Source: Hyphochytrium catenoides
Taxonomy: Eukaryota > Protista > Hyphochytriomycota
Reading direction: 5' to 3'
Length of the DNA stretch: 64,000 nucleotides
Assembly: GCA_900088475.1 (NCBI GenBank)
Contig: FLMG01003022.1
Coordinates: forward strand, 44,989 to 108,988
In this document: one piece after another, positions 62,499-64,000 of the stretch
How the letters are laid out: the number at the start of each line of letters is the position of its first letter
How positions within the stretch are numbered: position 1 is the stretch's first letter
Position numbers and translations under genes: made by a program
The notes under the pieces: model-generated
The model's database searches: none
The model's input: the letters and a program-made list of their open reading frames with translations, nothing else
What the model was told of the DNA's origin: nothing

Positions 62499-63353
62499 CT
62501 ACTTGGACGGAAGCCGCGGTTGGGTTTCCTTCCGTCTCCTTGCCATTTCTACGAAATATTTGTGCCATCTATCATCATCGGTGAGCTCAGGGTGGAAGGC
62601 AGTCGCAAGGATGTTACCCTACGGAGACAGTTGAGCTCCACGAATTCCCCAGCCGCACATAAATTCTCTGCATACCTGCTTAGCAGCCACGACCACAGTT
62701 TCATCTTCGGTTTGTGTAGCTCCATTGCCTAAGGTAGCGGGTACGGTGGAAAGAACTTGAACATCTTTGCCCGTCTTCGTTATGGCCGGTGCTCGGATAA
62801 AAACAGCTTTGTAAGGGTGCACGGAGTCGGGATCATCCTTCTCTGTAAGAGGAACCGCAAGGTCCATTTCGCAGCTGCACTTGCGGTGAGCATGGAAGTC
62901 CTGGTTCGGTTTAATCAGTGTAGTAATACCTTTTGATCTGGGAGCCGAAATAGTTGCGCTGGACCTCTACATCTAATCCTCCAATAAGCCGCTGCCCTCC
63001 CTCTTTCTGGCCCGTAGCAGAGTTCGATAAGAGGATCATTCCAGCGCAGGTTCCCCAGACGGGTTTACCCGTTTGAACCCAGTCCTGAAGAGGATCAAAC
63101 TGGGCAAACTCATTAGAGAGCCATGCACGGATCTTTAACATTAGTCGGTGAGAATTCTTACCATGCCCCACCTCTCAGCTAGGTTGGCCATTGCAGTGCT
63201 TTCTCCACCTGGGATAATCAATCCATCCAGACCATCAAGCTGCTGAGGCAAACGCACCTCCTTGCTCTCAACCCCCAGCTTGTCGAGCACTTCTCTGTGC
63301 TCTTTGAAGGCACCTTGCAGTGCTAAAACACCTATCTTTAAATCTTCGGCCAT
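62499..63353 (-). CDS. PDX2: Pyridoxal 5'-phosphate synthase glutaminase subunit (PDX2/SNO/PdxT)
   Basis: [33 protein letters not shown] (catalytic Cys), RNYFGSQ, VFIRAP and ATAFHPEL (His/Glu). Three introns; stop TAG at 62501-62499. Confidence 0.96.
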
Positions 63354-64000
63354 AGTAGCTAACTCCGCCAATCAGGCCACGCCAGCTTGCAGGTGGACAA
63401 GGTTCAAAGTAGGTACGCCGTTGAAGCAGCGCGACGCCCCGTTGAAAAGACCCCTACTTCCAGACGTTTGAGAGAAGTATCTGGTCCCAACAAGCAAAAC
63501 GAGTGTATACAGGCAGTAATCCTGAAGTACTATATGCTAAGGAAAGAGCTTCATTCTCTCCCCGACTGAGGCTCTTCAAGGGATCCGAAGTGACGCTGAT
63601 AGACTCTGTACACTTCTATCAGCTCATGTCCAGCTCTCATCTCGCAGCTTTCCTCATTATTCCTTTGACAGTTGACAGTCACATCATCACATCATGTCCA
63701 TCATCAGAAACTTCACCTGGCCTCCATTCAATATTTGACCGTTCCATATTGGGGCCCCGTAGTCGTTGTAACTCGTTGAACAGTAACAAAGGGCATGAGC
63801 ACCTTGTTCTGTATGAAGGTGGGATGTACACTACCGTACACCAGTGTTACATGCCTCTCATCAGAACTGCATTCAGAATACTGTACGGCTGCACGGGAAT
63901 GTGTACAGTACAGTTGTACTGTATTGTAGCGGCTCTCTGTCTCTCTCCCTTCTCTCGGCAGCCCCTTTATGTCTAGGGTATTCAACGCAAATGTTATACG

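Noticed and set aside
1-64000. Most of the 60-150 aa ORFs in the track
   Set aside because: They are antisense or alternate-frame shadows of real exons, or exon-plus-intron read-through with L/S/F/P-rich tails from pyrimidine-rich introns.
1-64000. Transposons, CRISPR arrays, rRNA or tRNA genes
   Set aside because: No transposase or RT motifs, terminal repeats, spaced direct repeats or RNA-gene consensus seen; only short GA/CT microsatellites (for example 605-622 and 8459-8472).

Overview
Compact, intron-rich eukaryotic nuclear DNA from a flagellated/ciliated protist-like organism (about 50% GC, standard genetic code, short GT-AG introns with CTAAC/CTGAC-type branch sites). I could not identify the taxon; some accessory modules look stramenopile-like. 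Splicing exons by hand gives 14 protein-coding genes: the 3' end of an axonemal dynein heavy chain, ENKD1, RIC1, RPN3/PSMD3, CSTF3/RNA14, a UBR3/PRT6-type N-recognin, an RCC1-HECT (HERC-like) ligase, a FIRRM/FLIP-like protein, RIB43A, SEC5/EXOC2, a short UFSP protease, MLH3, a FAM92/CIBAR-like BAR protein that the ORF track only catches in fragments, and PDX2. The most striking observation is a tandem PDZ plus acyl-CoA-binding (ACB) domain cassette spliced in-frame into the middle of RIC1, a subunit of the Rab6/Ypt6 GEF. Other points of note: a BAG-like helical domain fused to the N-terminus of the HERC ligase, a 131-nt antisense overlap between the UFSP and MLH3 reading frames, and near-strict strand alternation of the genes. 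I saw no rRNA, tRNA, CRISPR array or transposon. All gene models are manual and family calls come from motif recall, not database searches.
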